64,000 bases of DNA from Bordetella parapertussis (lineage in GTDB: Bacteria; Pseudomonadota; Gammaproteobacteria; Burkholderiales; Thiobacillaceae): positions 16,833 to 80,832 of the forward strand of contig CAMDCO010000004.1 in NCBI GenBank assembly GCA_945890495.1. The letters are read 5' to 3'. Of the stretch, positions 40,601 to 51,376 are shown piece by piece. Position 1 is the first letter of the stretch. Every line of letters starts with the position of its first letter. The notes under the pieces are model-generated. The model did no database searches, was not told the DNA's origin, and worked only from the letters and a program-made list of their open reading frames with translations. Both the position numbers and the translations under genes were made by a program.

Positions 40601-40869
40601 AGCCCGGCGCTGGATATCGAGCGCACGCTTTCTACCTCCGGCAAGCCGTTCATGGCCGTTTCTAGCGGGAAGGTGATGATCTGCTCCACCTCTTCGGGCG
40701 CCATGCCGCCTGCCTCGGTCATCAGGGTGACCGTAGGTTTGTTGAGGTCGGGGAATACATCCACCGGGGTGCGCGTCAGGGTGAACGCGCCGTAGGCCAT
40801 CACCACCAAGCTGGCGATGATTACCAGCAGCCGGTTAGTCAGGCTGTTGTCGAGCAGGTACTTGAACAT
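37672..40869 (-). CDS. Heavy-metal efflux RND pump, CusA/CzcA family
   Basis: 1065 aa from MFKYLLDNSLTNRL. 12-TM RND architecture. TM4 motif GGLAIAIGGLVDDAVVGIEN resembles the CusA-type motif. Confidence 0.9.
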   Translation of the reverse strand: MFKYLLDNSLTNRLLVIIASLVVMAYGAFTLTRTPVDVFPDLNKPTVTLMTEAGGMAPEEVEQIITFPLETAMNGLPEVESVRSISSAGLSFIYVTFDWRVDIFRARQMVSERLTSMEEGLPEGVTPRMGPISSIMGEIMQVAIPFDTASPTAGPSQGGAAPPQGGATGGSVGAVTSTPMAVREYADWVLRPRLMAIPGVAQVIPIGGEVRQFQVQPDTVRMAELGITHDQLDDALRGFSANTSGGFLELNGREYLIRNLGRTSRLEDLKNLALTSRNKQPILLRQIAEVTFAPATRRGDAGFEGRPAVILGIQKQPTADTVALTRSIEEALVTLKQGLPAGMAEPRVTFRQASFIEASIDTLQGKLIGASVFVAVILFFFLGTLRPTVIALTAIPVSIFMTALVFKYFGMSINTMTLGGLAIAIGGLVDDAVVGIENVLRRLKEDRAKHPDHRLHPIELVSRATLEVRSAILYATIIIVLVFLPLFALPGMEGRLFVPLGIAFIASTLASLVVSVSITPVLSFYLLPRMKSLDHGDTRLLAWLKRRYRDSLQSVLNRPRAALAAGATAVLIAAVAVPFFPTTFLPPFNEGTLLIGLRLNPGVTLTESSALARQAEVLVRQVPEVVHVGRRSGRAELDEHAEGVHVSELDIGLKPAAELTRPLEEIKADIRGRLINLPAAIEIGQPISHRIDHMLSGVRSQIAIKIYGEDLDILRAQADLLRGRLASIPGLADLQIEKQVLAPQIKVHIDYAAAAQYGVPTPQILALLQGLMEGEKSAQIIEGGKRFALVMRLPESARTVEGLSRIEFSTPSGSVPLSRIATIEDGDGPNQISRDDGRRRIVLSANVQGRALSEVVADIRKAVGDTKQPEGYFVVLGGQFQAQEEASKLVGLLSIVSLTLMFVVLYSRYKSARLSLLIMANIPLALVGAVLGLWLSGQPLSVAALVGFVTLAGISVRNGILKVSHYINLMRSEGEDFDHKMIVRGSLERLAPVLMTALVTAFALAPLLFEAERPGTEILHPVAVVIFSGLISSTLLDTYLTPALFWLFGRRDAERLLVDRNTDAL
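40370..40409. repeat. Family-C GC-rich element, in-frame copy inside the RND pump gene
   Basis: GCTCCCCCCTGAGGGGGCGCAGCCCCGCCTTGGGACGGCC is 33/40 identical to the reverse complement of 40886-40925. Encodes GPSQGGAAPPQGGA. Confidence 0.75.
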
Positions 40870-40885
40870 GTCAGGTCTCCAGCAG

Positions 40886-40925
40886 GGCCGCCCCAAGGGA
40901 GGCCTGAGCCCCCTCGGGGGGCAGC
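40886..40925. repeat. Family-C GC-rich element, intergenic copy (MFP-RND spacer)
   Basis: GGCCGCCCCAAGGGAGGCCTGAGCCCCCTCGGGGGGCAGC with an internal hairpin CCCCC-TC-GGGGG. Inverted relative to the copy at 40370. Confidence 0.75.
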
Positions 40926-40964
40926 GAACGAAGTAAGTGTAGGGGTTGTTTCATAGAGCGCTCC

Positions 40965-42056
40965 TCAACGCACCTGATTGATCAGGGTCGCAGCACGCAC
41001 CACCACCCGGTCGTCGGCCTTCAGGCCAGTGGTCACCACCACATTCGCGCCGTCCAAGGGCTCCACCGTCACGGTGTGTGGCTCGAAACGCTCAGGCGCA
41101 ACCTTGACCCAGACGATGGTCTGGTTGGCCGGGTTCTTCACCAGCGCCGCCGCCGGCACGCGGTAGCCCTGTACCGTACTTTTAGTCAGGACATAGACCT
41201 TTACCGGTTGACCCACCGCGAGGGTGGCCATGGTCTTGCCCTGGCCACGGAACATCAACGGCAGGGCCTGTTCGCGCAGGCTGCGTGCCGCACCAATGAA
41301 TGTCAGTGGCACGGGGGTGTCGCCGACGACCAAACTGCCAGACATCACATCCAGGGCCTGTGCGGTGTCATAGCTCAGCGCCTCGACGCGCAGGCGGTGG
41401 GGGTCAATCACCTCGAACACGGCCTCACGCGCCTCAACCACCTGACCCGCCACGGCATTACTCATGGCGACAATACCGGAGACCGGGGCAACCAAGGCAT
41501 CGCGATTGGATAGTCCAGCGCCCAGGGCGGAGATGCGTCCGGTGAGGCTGTCGATCTCGCTTTCTGCCGCCTCGATTTCTTTCCTTGGGATGGTGTCGGC
41601 CAGCTCCCTCATGCGGGCCAGGCGTTTCTCAGCCAATCTCCGGCTAGCGCGCAGTTCGGACAAAATGGCTGATTGGTTGGATCGCTCAAGGATGTTTATG
41701 GACGGTGCCACCCATGCCAGAACCTCTCCTTTATTGACCCGTTGCCCGAGGCTTGGAAAACCCTGCGGACCAGGCTCCAGACGACCCGCGATGAGGGCCT
41801 GCACCTTGCCGCCCGCATTGGGGTCCATGACGATCTTGCCGGACAATTCAAGGCTGCGAGGCCGTGTACCGAACTCCACCGGTAATGTACGCACACCGAT
41901 CTGGTGTTGCGCCGGCTTGGGTAAAAAAACGCTGCCATCCGCTAGGCGTTTGGGACTGTTGTTGGCGGCAGACGGGGCCGTATCGTGATCATGCCCTTCA
42001 CCCGCATGGGCAGACATTCCCAGGACAAGGCAGAGGAGGGGAATAAGGATTTTCAT
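40965..42056 (-). CDS. Efflux RND periplasmic adaptor (membrane fusion protein, CusB/CzcB-like)
   Basis: 363 aa. Signal peptide followed by AGEGHDHD, then lipoyl/beta-barrel-type adaptor sequence. Adjacent to the RND pump. Confidence 0.85.
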   Translation of the reverse strand: MKILIPLLCLVLGMSAHAGEGHDHDTAPSAANNSPKRLADGSVFLPKPAQHQIGVRTLPVEFGTRPRSLELSGKIVMDPNAGGKVQALIAGRLEPGPQGFPSLGQRVNKGEVLAWVAPSINILERSNQSAILSELRASRRLAEKRLARMRELADTIPRKEIEAAESEIDSLTGRISALGAGLSNRDALVAPVSGIVAMSNAVAGQVVEAREAVFEVIDPHRLRVEALSYDTAQALDVMSGSLVVGDTPVPLTFIGAARSLREQALPLMFRGQGKTMATLAVGQPVKVYVLTKSTVQGYRVPAAALVKNPANQTIVWVKVAPERFEPHTVTVEPLDGANVVVTTGLKADDRVVVRAATLINQVR

Positions 42057-42610
42057 GTGGCACCTCCCAAGCGTTGGTTGCGAAGACGGTTTCGCCTTAT
42101 TAGCCAGACCAGGCCCATAAACACCGTGCCGACGAGGGCCGCCCAGAGGGCAAGCTCCTGCCAGCCGTGGGTATGCACAGCCTCAGTGACCTCAGCCTCG
42201 GCGTGGATATCGAGCCCAGTCGCCATAAAGGTGCTCTCCTTGCCATCCAGAACGGTAGCGATGACCGGAAACTTGCCCGGTTTCATGGGGTTAGCCAGAG
42301 TGGCCTCAAATACGCCTTCGCCATGGGTCTCCAAAGGGAGATGGATCCCACCAATCTCGAGTTTCAATGTAGCCTCCTTGGCCGGGCTGTTATCGGTCGT
42401 GTGGTCAAGCCAAAGGGTCAAATGCTTGCCATCAAGCACACCAACCAGTTCAAAGCGTTCGGATGCCGTGGTAAAGCGCGGTAATGTGGCGCTGGCTGTT
42501 GTGACAGGGGTATCGCCATGATCATGCCCCTCACCCGCCCAGGCGGATGAGGTCATGGCCAGCGTCAAGACGGGCAGGATGGTTTTGAGGTTCATAGAGG
42601 ACTCTTTCAT
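42053..42610 (-). CDS. Periplasmic, C-terminally membrane-anchored protein of unknown function in the efflux operon
   Basis: 185 aa from MKESSMNLKTILP. Signal peptide followed by AGEGHDHGD, a beta-rich body, and a C-terminal TM LALWAALVGTVFMGLVWLI plus RRNRLR. TAATG overlap with the upstream gene and ATGA overlap with the downstream gene. Confidence 0.65.
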   Translation of the reverse strand: MKESSMNLKTILPVLTLAMTSSAWAGEGHDHGDTPVTTASATLPRFTTASERFELVGVLDGKHLTLWLDHTTDNSPAKEATLKLEIGGIHLPLETHGEGVFEATLANPMKPGKFPVIATVLDGKESTFMATGLDIHAEAEVTEAVHTHGWQELALWAALVGTVFMGLVWLIRRNRLRNQRLGGAT

Positions 42611-43857
42611 TATTCGGGTAACAGGCCCAAGGCCTGACGCAGGGCGGAAACCGCCGCGGCCCATTCGATGCGGACACGCGCAACTTCGCGTTCGGCCTCT
42701 TGGGCCTCGCCCTCAATGCGTAAACGGGTGGGCAGGTCGGTCTCGCCCAGGCGGAAGGATTTTTCGAAAAACCCCCGCGACTCATTCGCCAGTTGCGCTT
42801 GCTGCTCAACCGCCACCAAGCGGTCACGGGCAGCCACCTCGCTCTTGCGGGCAGCATCGATCTCAGCCGCGATGCGTTCTTGTTCAATGATTTGTTGCGC
42901 CTCCGCCTCGAGGTGTTCTGCGGCCGCCGTGGCTATCTTGATGCGCCCCCGGCTATCGGACCCCAAGGGAATGCGCACGCCCAGCGTGAGGGTATTGGAC
43001 CAGGCATCACTGGCATTGGAGCGATCGCGTGTGGCCGCCAGATGCAACTCCGGATGATCACGGCCCTGAATCCCGGCCAGGGTACGGGCGGCACGACTGG
43101 CCTCGACACGGGCGATCCATTCCTTTAAGCGGGGGTGCGTGTTTTCTGCGCTGGATAAGTGTGGGGTAGATTCAATATCCGCCCGCAAGGTATCGGGGGC
43201 CGTTTGTCCGGTGAGGCCCCGCAGGGGTTTGACCGTTTCGGCCAGCACCCTGCGTAACCGGGCCACCTCGGCAACAGCCTTGGCCACGGCCGCGTCAGCC
43301 TGATGCCCATCGGCCCGCGATAAGTCGCCGAACTTGACTCGCCGAGCCACATCGGCGGCCAGTCGTTCAGCCTTTTGGCGGTGCATTTGAGCCGTTTCCA
43401 GGTCGACACGAGCAAGTACGAGCGACCACCAAGCCTCACGCACCTCGCCCGCCGTGCGCAGACGCGCGGTCTCCAACTGTCTTTCCAATACGACCCCTTC
43501 AATCTCGGCCAGACTGCGCTGACTGGCCCGTTCGCCTGGTAACCAGAGGGGTAGGGTGACTCCAGCCGCATATTCACGACTGCCCTGAGCGCTGTTGAGT
43601 TGATCGGTTTTATAAGCGGCTTCCACGCTGGGGGGTTCCGCCAGCCAACCTTGAGCCATTTCTCGGCGAGCCGTTAAGGCCTCGCGTCGCTCCCCGGCCG
43701 CACGGGCCTCGGGTTGGCGAGCCCAAGCGACCTCGAAGGCTTGTTTGAGTGACAGTGGGTTTTCTGCTGCCTGAGCGGTAGGCATCAGACTGGCAAGCGG
43801 GAGGCTCCATGCCATTAGCAAGAGGGCGACACGCCCGATCAAGCGATACACAATCAT
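42610..43857 (-). CDS. Outer-membrane efflux factor (TolC-like, CusC/CzcC family)
   Basis: 415 aa. Signal peptide and two repeats of the OEP coiled/helical pattern (LSLKQAFEVAW...). Confidence 0.85.
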   Translation of the reverse strand: MIVYRLIGRVALLLMAWSLPLASLMPTAQAAENPLSLKQAFEVAWARQPEARAAGERREALTARREMAQGWLAEPPSVEAAYKTDQLNSAQGSREYAAGVTLPLWLPGERASQRSLAEIEGVVLERQLETARLRTAGEVREAWWSLVLARVDLETAQMHRQKAERLAADVARRVKFGDLSRADGHQADAAVAKAVAEVARLRRVLAETVKPLRGLTGQTAPDTLRADIESTPHLSSAENTHPRLKEWIARVEASRAARTLAGIQGRDHPELHLAATRDRSNASDAWSNTLTLGVRIPLGSDSRGRIKIATAAAEHLEAEAQQIIEQERIAAEIDAARKSEVAARDRLVAVEQQAQLANESRGFFEKSFRLGETDLPTRLRIEGEAQEAEREVARVRIEWAAAVSALRQALGLLPE

Positions 43858-43982
43858 TATTTGAGACCTCGTCCTGATGAGGCCACCTGATGGCAGCCTC
43901 GAATAACGAAAATACTTACGTTAAATCCGGCGAGGCCATTGCGACCATGAGGGGATCAAGGCGCAACCAACCTACCGGAGTT

Positions 43983-44366
43983 TCAGGCGAGGGGGGCTAG
44001 CGGAGGGCGGAACAGGGGGTCAGACGGAGGGGTGGGGAGAAAGGCCTGATAGGCCATGGTGTCGGGGCCGGACAATAGCGGCGGGATCGTCAACCCGGTG
44101 TTGGTGATGAGCGATACAAAATGGGTGTGACAGTTTGCGCAGTCGGAATCGGCACCCGAATTTGGGTTGCTTGGGTTGCTATTGTCGGAATCGCCGGAAT
44201 CGCGATCCATCACCGTCGCATTAGCCTGATGTTCATGCGTGTGGTGGCCGAGATGTGGCTGAGCCTGCTTGCTTTCGGGTTCGTGCGGGCAATAAACCGC
44301 CGCCGTTGCCGTGAACCATTGCAATGACAACACAAGGATAAAAAGAAGAGCTACGAGCCTGCGCAT
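43983..44366 (-). CDS. Small exported His/Cys-rich protein (CzcI-like position at the head of the efflux operon)
   Basis: 127 aa from MRRLVALLFILVL. Motifs CPHEPE, HLGHHTHEHQ, CANCHTH, and a Pro-rich C-terminus PPSDPLFRPPLAPLA. Family assignment is tentative. Confidence 0.5.
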   Translation of the reverse strand: MRRLVALLFILVLSLQWFTATAAVYCPHEPESKQAQPHLGHHTHEHQANATVMDRDSGDSDNSNPSNPNSGADSDCANCHTHFVSLITNTGLTIPPLLSGPDTMAYQAFLPTPPSDPLFRPPLAPLA

Positions 44367-44428
44367 GCGAGCGAATCTAGCGCAAAAATAAAAAAAGCGC
44401 AAGCACGAGATTTTCTGGGACTGCGTGT

Positions 44429-46732
44429 TTATTCATTGCGTGGTGCAATCACTTCACGATTGCCATTGCTTTGCATGGGAGAAACAATGCCGGCCTTTTC
44501 CATGGCTTCGATGAGGCGCGCGGCGCGGTTATAGCCGATGCGCAGTTCGCGCTGAACGCCCGAGATTGAGGGGCGGCGCGTTCTCAGCACAATGGCGACG
44601 GCTTGATCGTAAAGCGCGTCGGCCTCGGCGTTGCCAGATTCGGCCTCACCGTCCTCGGTGTCTTCGGCCTGATAGAGGACGCTCTCGTCATAGTTGGGAG
44701 GCGATAATTCGCGCAGGAAGGCGGTCACGCGATGCACTTCGTTGTCGGAGACAAAGGCGCCATGAACGCGGGTCGGAACCCCATGACCCGGCGGCAGATA
44801 CAGCATGTCACCCATGCCGAGCAGGGATTCGGCACCCTGCTGGTCGAGAATAGTGCGCGAGTCGATGCGGCTACTGACCTGGAAGGCGATACGGGTCGGG
44901 ATATTGGCCTTGATGAGACCGGTGATGACATCAACCGACGGACGCTGCGTGGCGAGAACCAGGTGAATACCGGAGGCGCGCGCTTTCTGGGCTAGACGGG
45001 CAATCAACTCCTCGACCTTTTTGCCGGAGACCATCATCAGGTCGGCCAGCTCATCGATGATAACGACAAGATAGGGCAGGTGGGTCAGGCGTTCCGGGGC
45101 CTCGGGGGTCAGGGAGAAGGGGTTGGTCAGGGGCGTGCCGGCCTTCTCGGCCTCAGCGATCTTGTGGTTGAGGCCGGCGATGTTGCGCACCGCCATCGTC
45201 GACATGAGCTTGTAGCGGCGATCCATCTCGGTGACGCACCAGTTGAGCGCCGTTCCAGCCAGCCGCATGTCGGTCACCACAGGAGCGAGGAGGTGCGGAA
45301 TGCCTTCGTAGGAGGACAGTTCCAACATCTTGGGATCAACCATGATGAGGCGCACATCACGCGGCGAGGCCTTGTAGAGCAGGGACAAGATCATGGCGTT
45401 GATCGCCACGGATTTACCCGAACCGGTGGTACCGGCCACCAGAAGGTGCGGCATCTTGGCCAAGTCGGCGACGATGGGTGCGCCTCCGATATCTTTGCCA
45501 AGGGCGATGGTGAGCGGACTGTTCAGGTCGTGATAGACCTTGGCACCCAAGACCTCGGACAGGCGAACGGTCTGGCGCTGGGTATTGGGGATCTCCAGGG
45601 CCATGCAGCTCTTACCGGGGATCGTTTCCACTACACGGATGCTGATAACCGACAGCGAGCGCGCCAGATCCTTGGAAAGATTGGTGATCTGGCTGCCCTT
45701 GACGCCCGAAGCGGGTTCAATCTCGTAGCGAGTAACCACCGGGCCGGGGTAAGCCGCAAGCACCTTTACATCGACCCCGAACTCATCCAGCTTGCGTTCG
45801 ATCAGGCGTGAAGTCGCGGTGAGCGAGGCCTCGTCAATCGACACGGTGTTCTGAGTGGGTTCGTCCAAGAGGTGCAGCGGCGGCAACTGGCTGTCCGGGG
45901 TGTCACGAAACAAGGGGGTCTGGCGTTCTTTTTCTGGGCGTATCACGGCCGCAACAACGGGCACGGGCGTTTCAATCTTGAGAATGGGATCGCGGGTCAT
46001 CCGGACCCGCTCCAGAAGGACAGCCGCATCACGGCGATTACCGGCATGGAGGCCGGCACGACGGTCCTGTCTATCCTGCCAGCGCTGAACGAGATACTGA
46101 CCTAAATGCTCTAGGCGGGTTCCGAGGCTCTCGCAAAGCCTAAACCATGACAAGCCACTAAATAGCGACAGACCGATTGCCAAACTGGCGACAAGGAAGA
46201 GGGTGGCACCATCAAAGCCAAAACCGGCACGCAAAAGTCCTTCTAGGCCCTGTCCTAGAATGCCGCCGGCTCGGTGCGGCAGGCCTGCCGCCAAAGAATG
46301 AAGGCGCATGGCCTCAAGGCTGGCACTGGCAAGCAAGGTGAGAAGAAAACCCGACAGGATCAAGATGCCGTGCGGATGGGGAGGATTTTCATCTGGCAAG
46401 GCACGCATGAGCTGCCAAGACCACACCACGCCCAGCGCAGCCAGGATCATCCACCACCAAGCCGAGTAGCCAAATAGATAATAGAGGAGGTCCGCTAGCC
46501 AGGCACCGAAGTGGCCACCCAGATTGACCGTTTCCTCATTTAGACCGGTTCTGGACCATCCCGGATCATTTAAGGTGTGTGTCGCCAAGGCCATCAACAA
46601 ATAGATGGCGGTGGTGAGCGACAGAAGCCACGCCGCCTCACGCAGGACGCGCATACGCATCGGCGCAGAAACGCGATGCGCCCGTGTATTTCGGGTGGAA
46701 GGGGCAAGACGCTTAAAAATGGCGGGAGGCAT
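44429..46732 (-). CDS. ftsK: DNA translocase FtsK
   Basis: 767 aa. N-terminal TM segments, Walker A GTTGSGKS, gamma domain ...[31 protein letters not shown]. The exact start is uncertain. Confidence 0.95.
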   Translation of the reverse strand: MPPAIFKRLAPSTRNTRAHRVSAPMRMRVLREAAWLLSLTTAIYLLMALATHTLNDPGWSRTGLNEETVNLGGHFGAWLADLLYYLFGYSAWWWMILAALGVVWSWQLMRALPDENPPHPHGILILSGFLLTLLASASLEAMRLHSLAAGLPHRAGGILGQGLEGLLRAGFGFDGATLFLVASLAIGLSLFSGLSWFRLCESLGTRLEHLGQYLVQRWQDRQDRRAGLHAGNRRDAAVLLERVRMTRDPILKIETPVPVVAAVIRPEKERQTPLFRDTPDSQLPPLHLLDEPTQNTVSIDEASLTATSRLIERKLDEFGVDVKVLAAYPGPVVTRYEIEPASGVKGSQITNLSKDLARSLSVISIRVVETIPGKSCMALEIPNTQRQTVRLSEVLGAKVYHDLNSPLTIALGKDIGGAPIVADLAKMPHLLVAGTTGSGKSVAINAMILSLLYKASPRDVRLIMVDPKMLELSSYEGIPHLLAPVVTDMRLAGTALNWCVTEMDRRYKLMSTMAVRNIAGLNHKIAEAEKAGTPLTNPFSLTPEAPERLTHLPYLVVIIDELADLMMVSGKKVEELIARLAQKARASGIHLVLATQRPSVDVITGLIKANIPTRIAFQVSSRIDSRTILDQQGAESLLGMGDMLYLPPGHGVPTRVHGAFVSDNEVHRVTAFLRELSPPNYDESVLYQAEDTEDGEAESGNAEADALYDQAVAIVLRTRRPSISGVQRELRIGYNRAARLIEAMEKAGIVSPMQSNGNREVIAPRNE

Positions 46733-46797
46733 GGGTCGCCACTATAGAGGCAGTCGGGCTTGGGCGCTACGACTCATCCATGGCGACCACCATCCGA

Positions 46798-46825
46798 AAG
46801 CGCCATAATGTATATTATGTTAAAT
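46798..46825 (+). other. dif: dif-like XerC/XerD chromosome dimer resolution site
   Basis: AAGCGCCATAA-TGTATA-TTATGTTAAAT. Positions 7-28 are identical to E. coli dif (GGTGCGCATAATGTATATTATGTTAAAT). Only the outer 6 nt of the XerC arm differ. Confidence 0.8.
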
Positions 46826-46943
46826 AGACAATGCAGGCAATGTAACCCGCCAAGGCCTTGTCTTCGGAATGGTCTCCCCTCGTCTGTCTCAGGCATAATT
46901 AGGGCATTCGTTGCAATTAACAGCCATTAACAACGGCCATTAA

Positions 46944-47900
<957 letters not shown>

Positions 47901-47941
47901 CGCCTGAGGGACAGAATCCTGAGGGCAGCCCCTCTTAGCCC

Positions 47942-49579
<1,638 letters not shown>

Positions 49580-49598
49580 CGCAGTGATTTATAAGGGT

Positions 49599-50834
49599 TT
49601 AAAGCAGGTGCGAGGCCATCCCGTCAGCCAGTTTCGGCTCGAACCAGGTGGATTTTGGCGGCATGACCTGATTGGCATCGGCCACCGCGATCAGGTCTTC
49701 CATCTGGGTAGGATACAGGGCGATGGCCAAGGCCATTTCGCCCGAATCGACGCGCTTCTCCAGTTCGGCGAGACCACGAATCCCCCCGACGAAATCGATG
49801 CGCTTGTCGCGGCGCGGATCGGTAATGCCGAGGATTGGTGCGATTAGGTGGTTCTGCAACAGGCTGACATCCAAGCGCTCAACCGGATCGGCAGAAACCA
49901 GGCTGGGGTGAATCTTCAGGCGCCGCCAACAGCCGCCCATGTAGAGGCCGAATTCGCGCGACTGGGCCGGTTTAACCGGACCATCAGCGAGTTCAACGGT
50001 AAAGTTGGCGGCAATCCGGTCCAGAAATTCGGCCTCAGAAAGACCATTCAGGTCCTTGATAACACGGTTGTAATCGAAAATCTTCATCTGGTGATCGGGG
50101 AAGATCACGGTGAGGAAATAGTTGTACGGCTCATCGCCGCTGTGCTGGGGATTGGCGGCCTTGCGGGCGGCACAAATGCGGCTGGCGGATGCCGAACGAT
50201 GATGGCCATCCGCAATATAGAGCGCCGGTAAGGCATCGAACAGGGCCGTCAGACGCGCCACGCTGGGCGCATCGCGAATAATCCACAGGCTATGTTGCAC
50301 CCCTGTTTCGGCCGTCGCATCGGCATCCGGCGCGGCCTGGGTCGCCGCACTCAAAAGGGCATCAATCTCGGGCGCGTTCGGATAGGCCAACAAGACCGGG
50401 CCGGTCTGGGCGTTGAGGGCCTCAATCTGGCGGACACGATCGTCTTCCTTGTCTGGACGGGTGAATTCGTGCTTGCGGATACGGTTGGTGTCGTAGTCGG
50501 CCACCGAGGCCGCCGCCACAATGCCGGTCTGCACATGGTCCGCCATGATTAGACGATAGGCGTAGTAACACGGGGCATCATCCTGAATCAGGATCCCGGC
50601 CGCGATCATCGCCTGCAGGTTTTCAGCGGCCTTGGCGTAGACCTCGGGCGCATAGGGGTCCGTACCTGCCGGAAGATCAATCTCGGGTTTTGAAATGTGC
50701 AGAAAACTGTACGGCCGCCCTGCCGCCAAGGCGCGCGCCTCCTCGGTATTCAACACATCGTAGGGTGGCGCCACGACTTCGGGAGCGCGGCCAGGCGCGG
50801 GACGCAGGGCGGGGAACGGACGAACCAAGGTCAT
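49599..50834 (-). CDS. DUF1015 family protein
   Basis: 411 aa from MTLVRPFPALRPAPG...VVAPPYDVL, the characteristic DUF1015 N-terminus. ADGHHR motif. Confidence 0.8.
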   Translation of the reverse strand: MTLVRPFPALRPAPGRAPEVVAPPYDVLNTEEARALAAGRPYSFLHISKPEIDLPAGTDPYAPEVYAKAAENLQAMIAAGILIQDDAPCYYAYRLIMADHVQTGIVAAASVADYDTNRIRKHEFTRPDKEDDRVRQIEALNAQTGPVLLAYPNAPEIDALLSAATQAAPDADATAETGVQHSLWIIRDAPSVARLTALFDALPALYIADGHHRSASASRICAARKAANPQHSGDEPYNYFLTVIFPDHQMKIFDYNRVIKDLNGLSEAEFLDRIAANFTVELADGPVKPAQSREFGLYMGGCWRRLKIHPSLVSADPVERLDVSLLQNHLIAPILGITDPRRDKRIDFVGGIRGLAELEKRVDSGEMALAIALYPTQMEDLIAVADANQVMPPKSTWFEPKLADGMASHLL

Positions 50835-51332
50835 TTGAGTTTCTCGAGCAGGAAATGAATAAGGTGCTAATGAAGGGGCTGATGAGTCAATTTCTAACGC
50901 GGTGCATTCTAACCGCAAGCGGCTTTTATCGCCGCAAGATCCCCTGTCACCGGGGCCGGATGCGCTGCACCCTGCCGCGCGCAAAGACGGCACCACAAAA
51001 GGCATCACATTGTCGCTCGGCACATCCACCGAGCGACGCAGATCCACGCTCACGGGGAGGCTGCCGTGCAGCAGCACGGTTGCCTGAAGACGATCCACGC
51101 CCGTGCGGGAGAATTCAAAGCCATAGAGGCGTTTCCAGACCAAGTGACCATGCGCATCGCGTGTCGTTCGTAAGGAACGCAGGGCCACCGTCTCGTCGAG
51201 AAACTGCAGGCCAGTACGATCACAAGCGCTGCGGGCAAAGGCCACGGCAATCTCACGCGCCTTCAAGCCGTCGAACCAGAACCAGACCAGAGCGGCCATG
51301 GCGAGCAGCGTAAAAAGTTCAGTCGTGGACAT
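50835..51332 (-). CDS. DUF3301-like small membrane protein region; no in-frame stop before the DUF1015 ATG
   Basis: MSTTELFTLLAMAALVWFWFDGLKAREIAV...LQFLDETVAL...YGFEFS resembles DUF3301. The frame stays open through an AT-richer linker of about 70 aa into the next gene. Confidence 0.5.
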
Positions 51333-51376
51333 GGCCCGCATGATAAGCCAGATCACCAGCCCTTTATAATCGGCCT

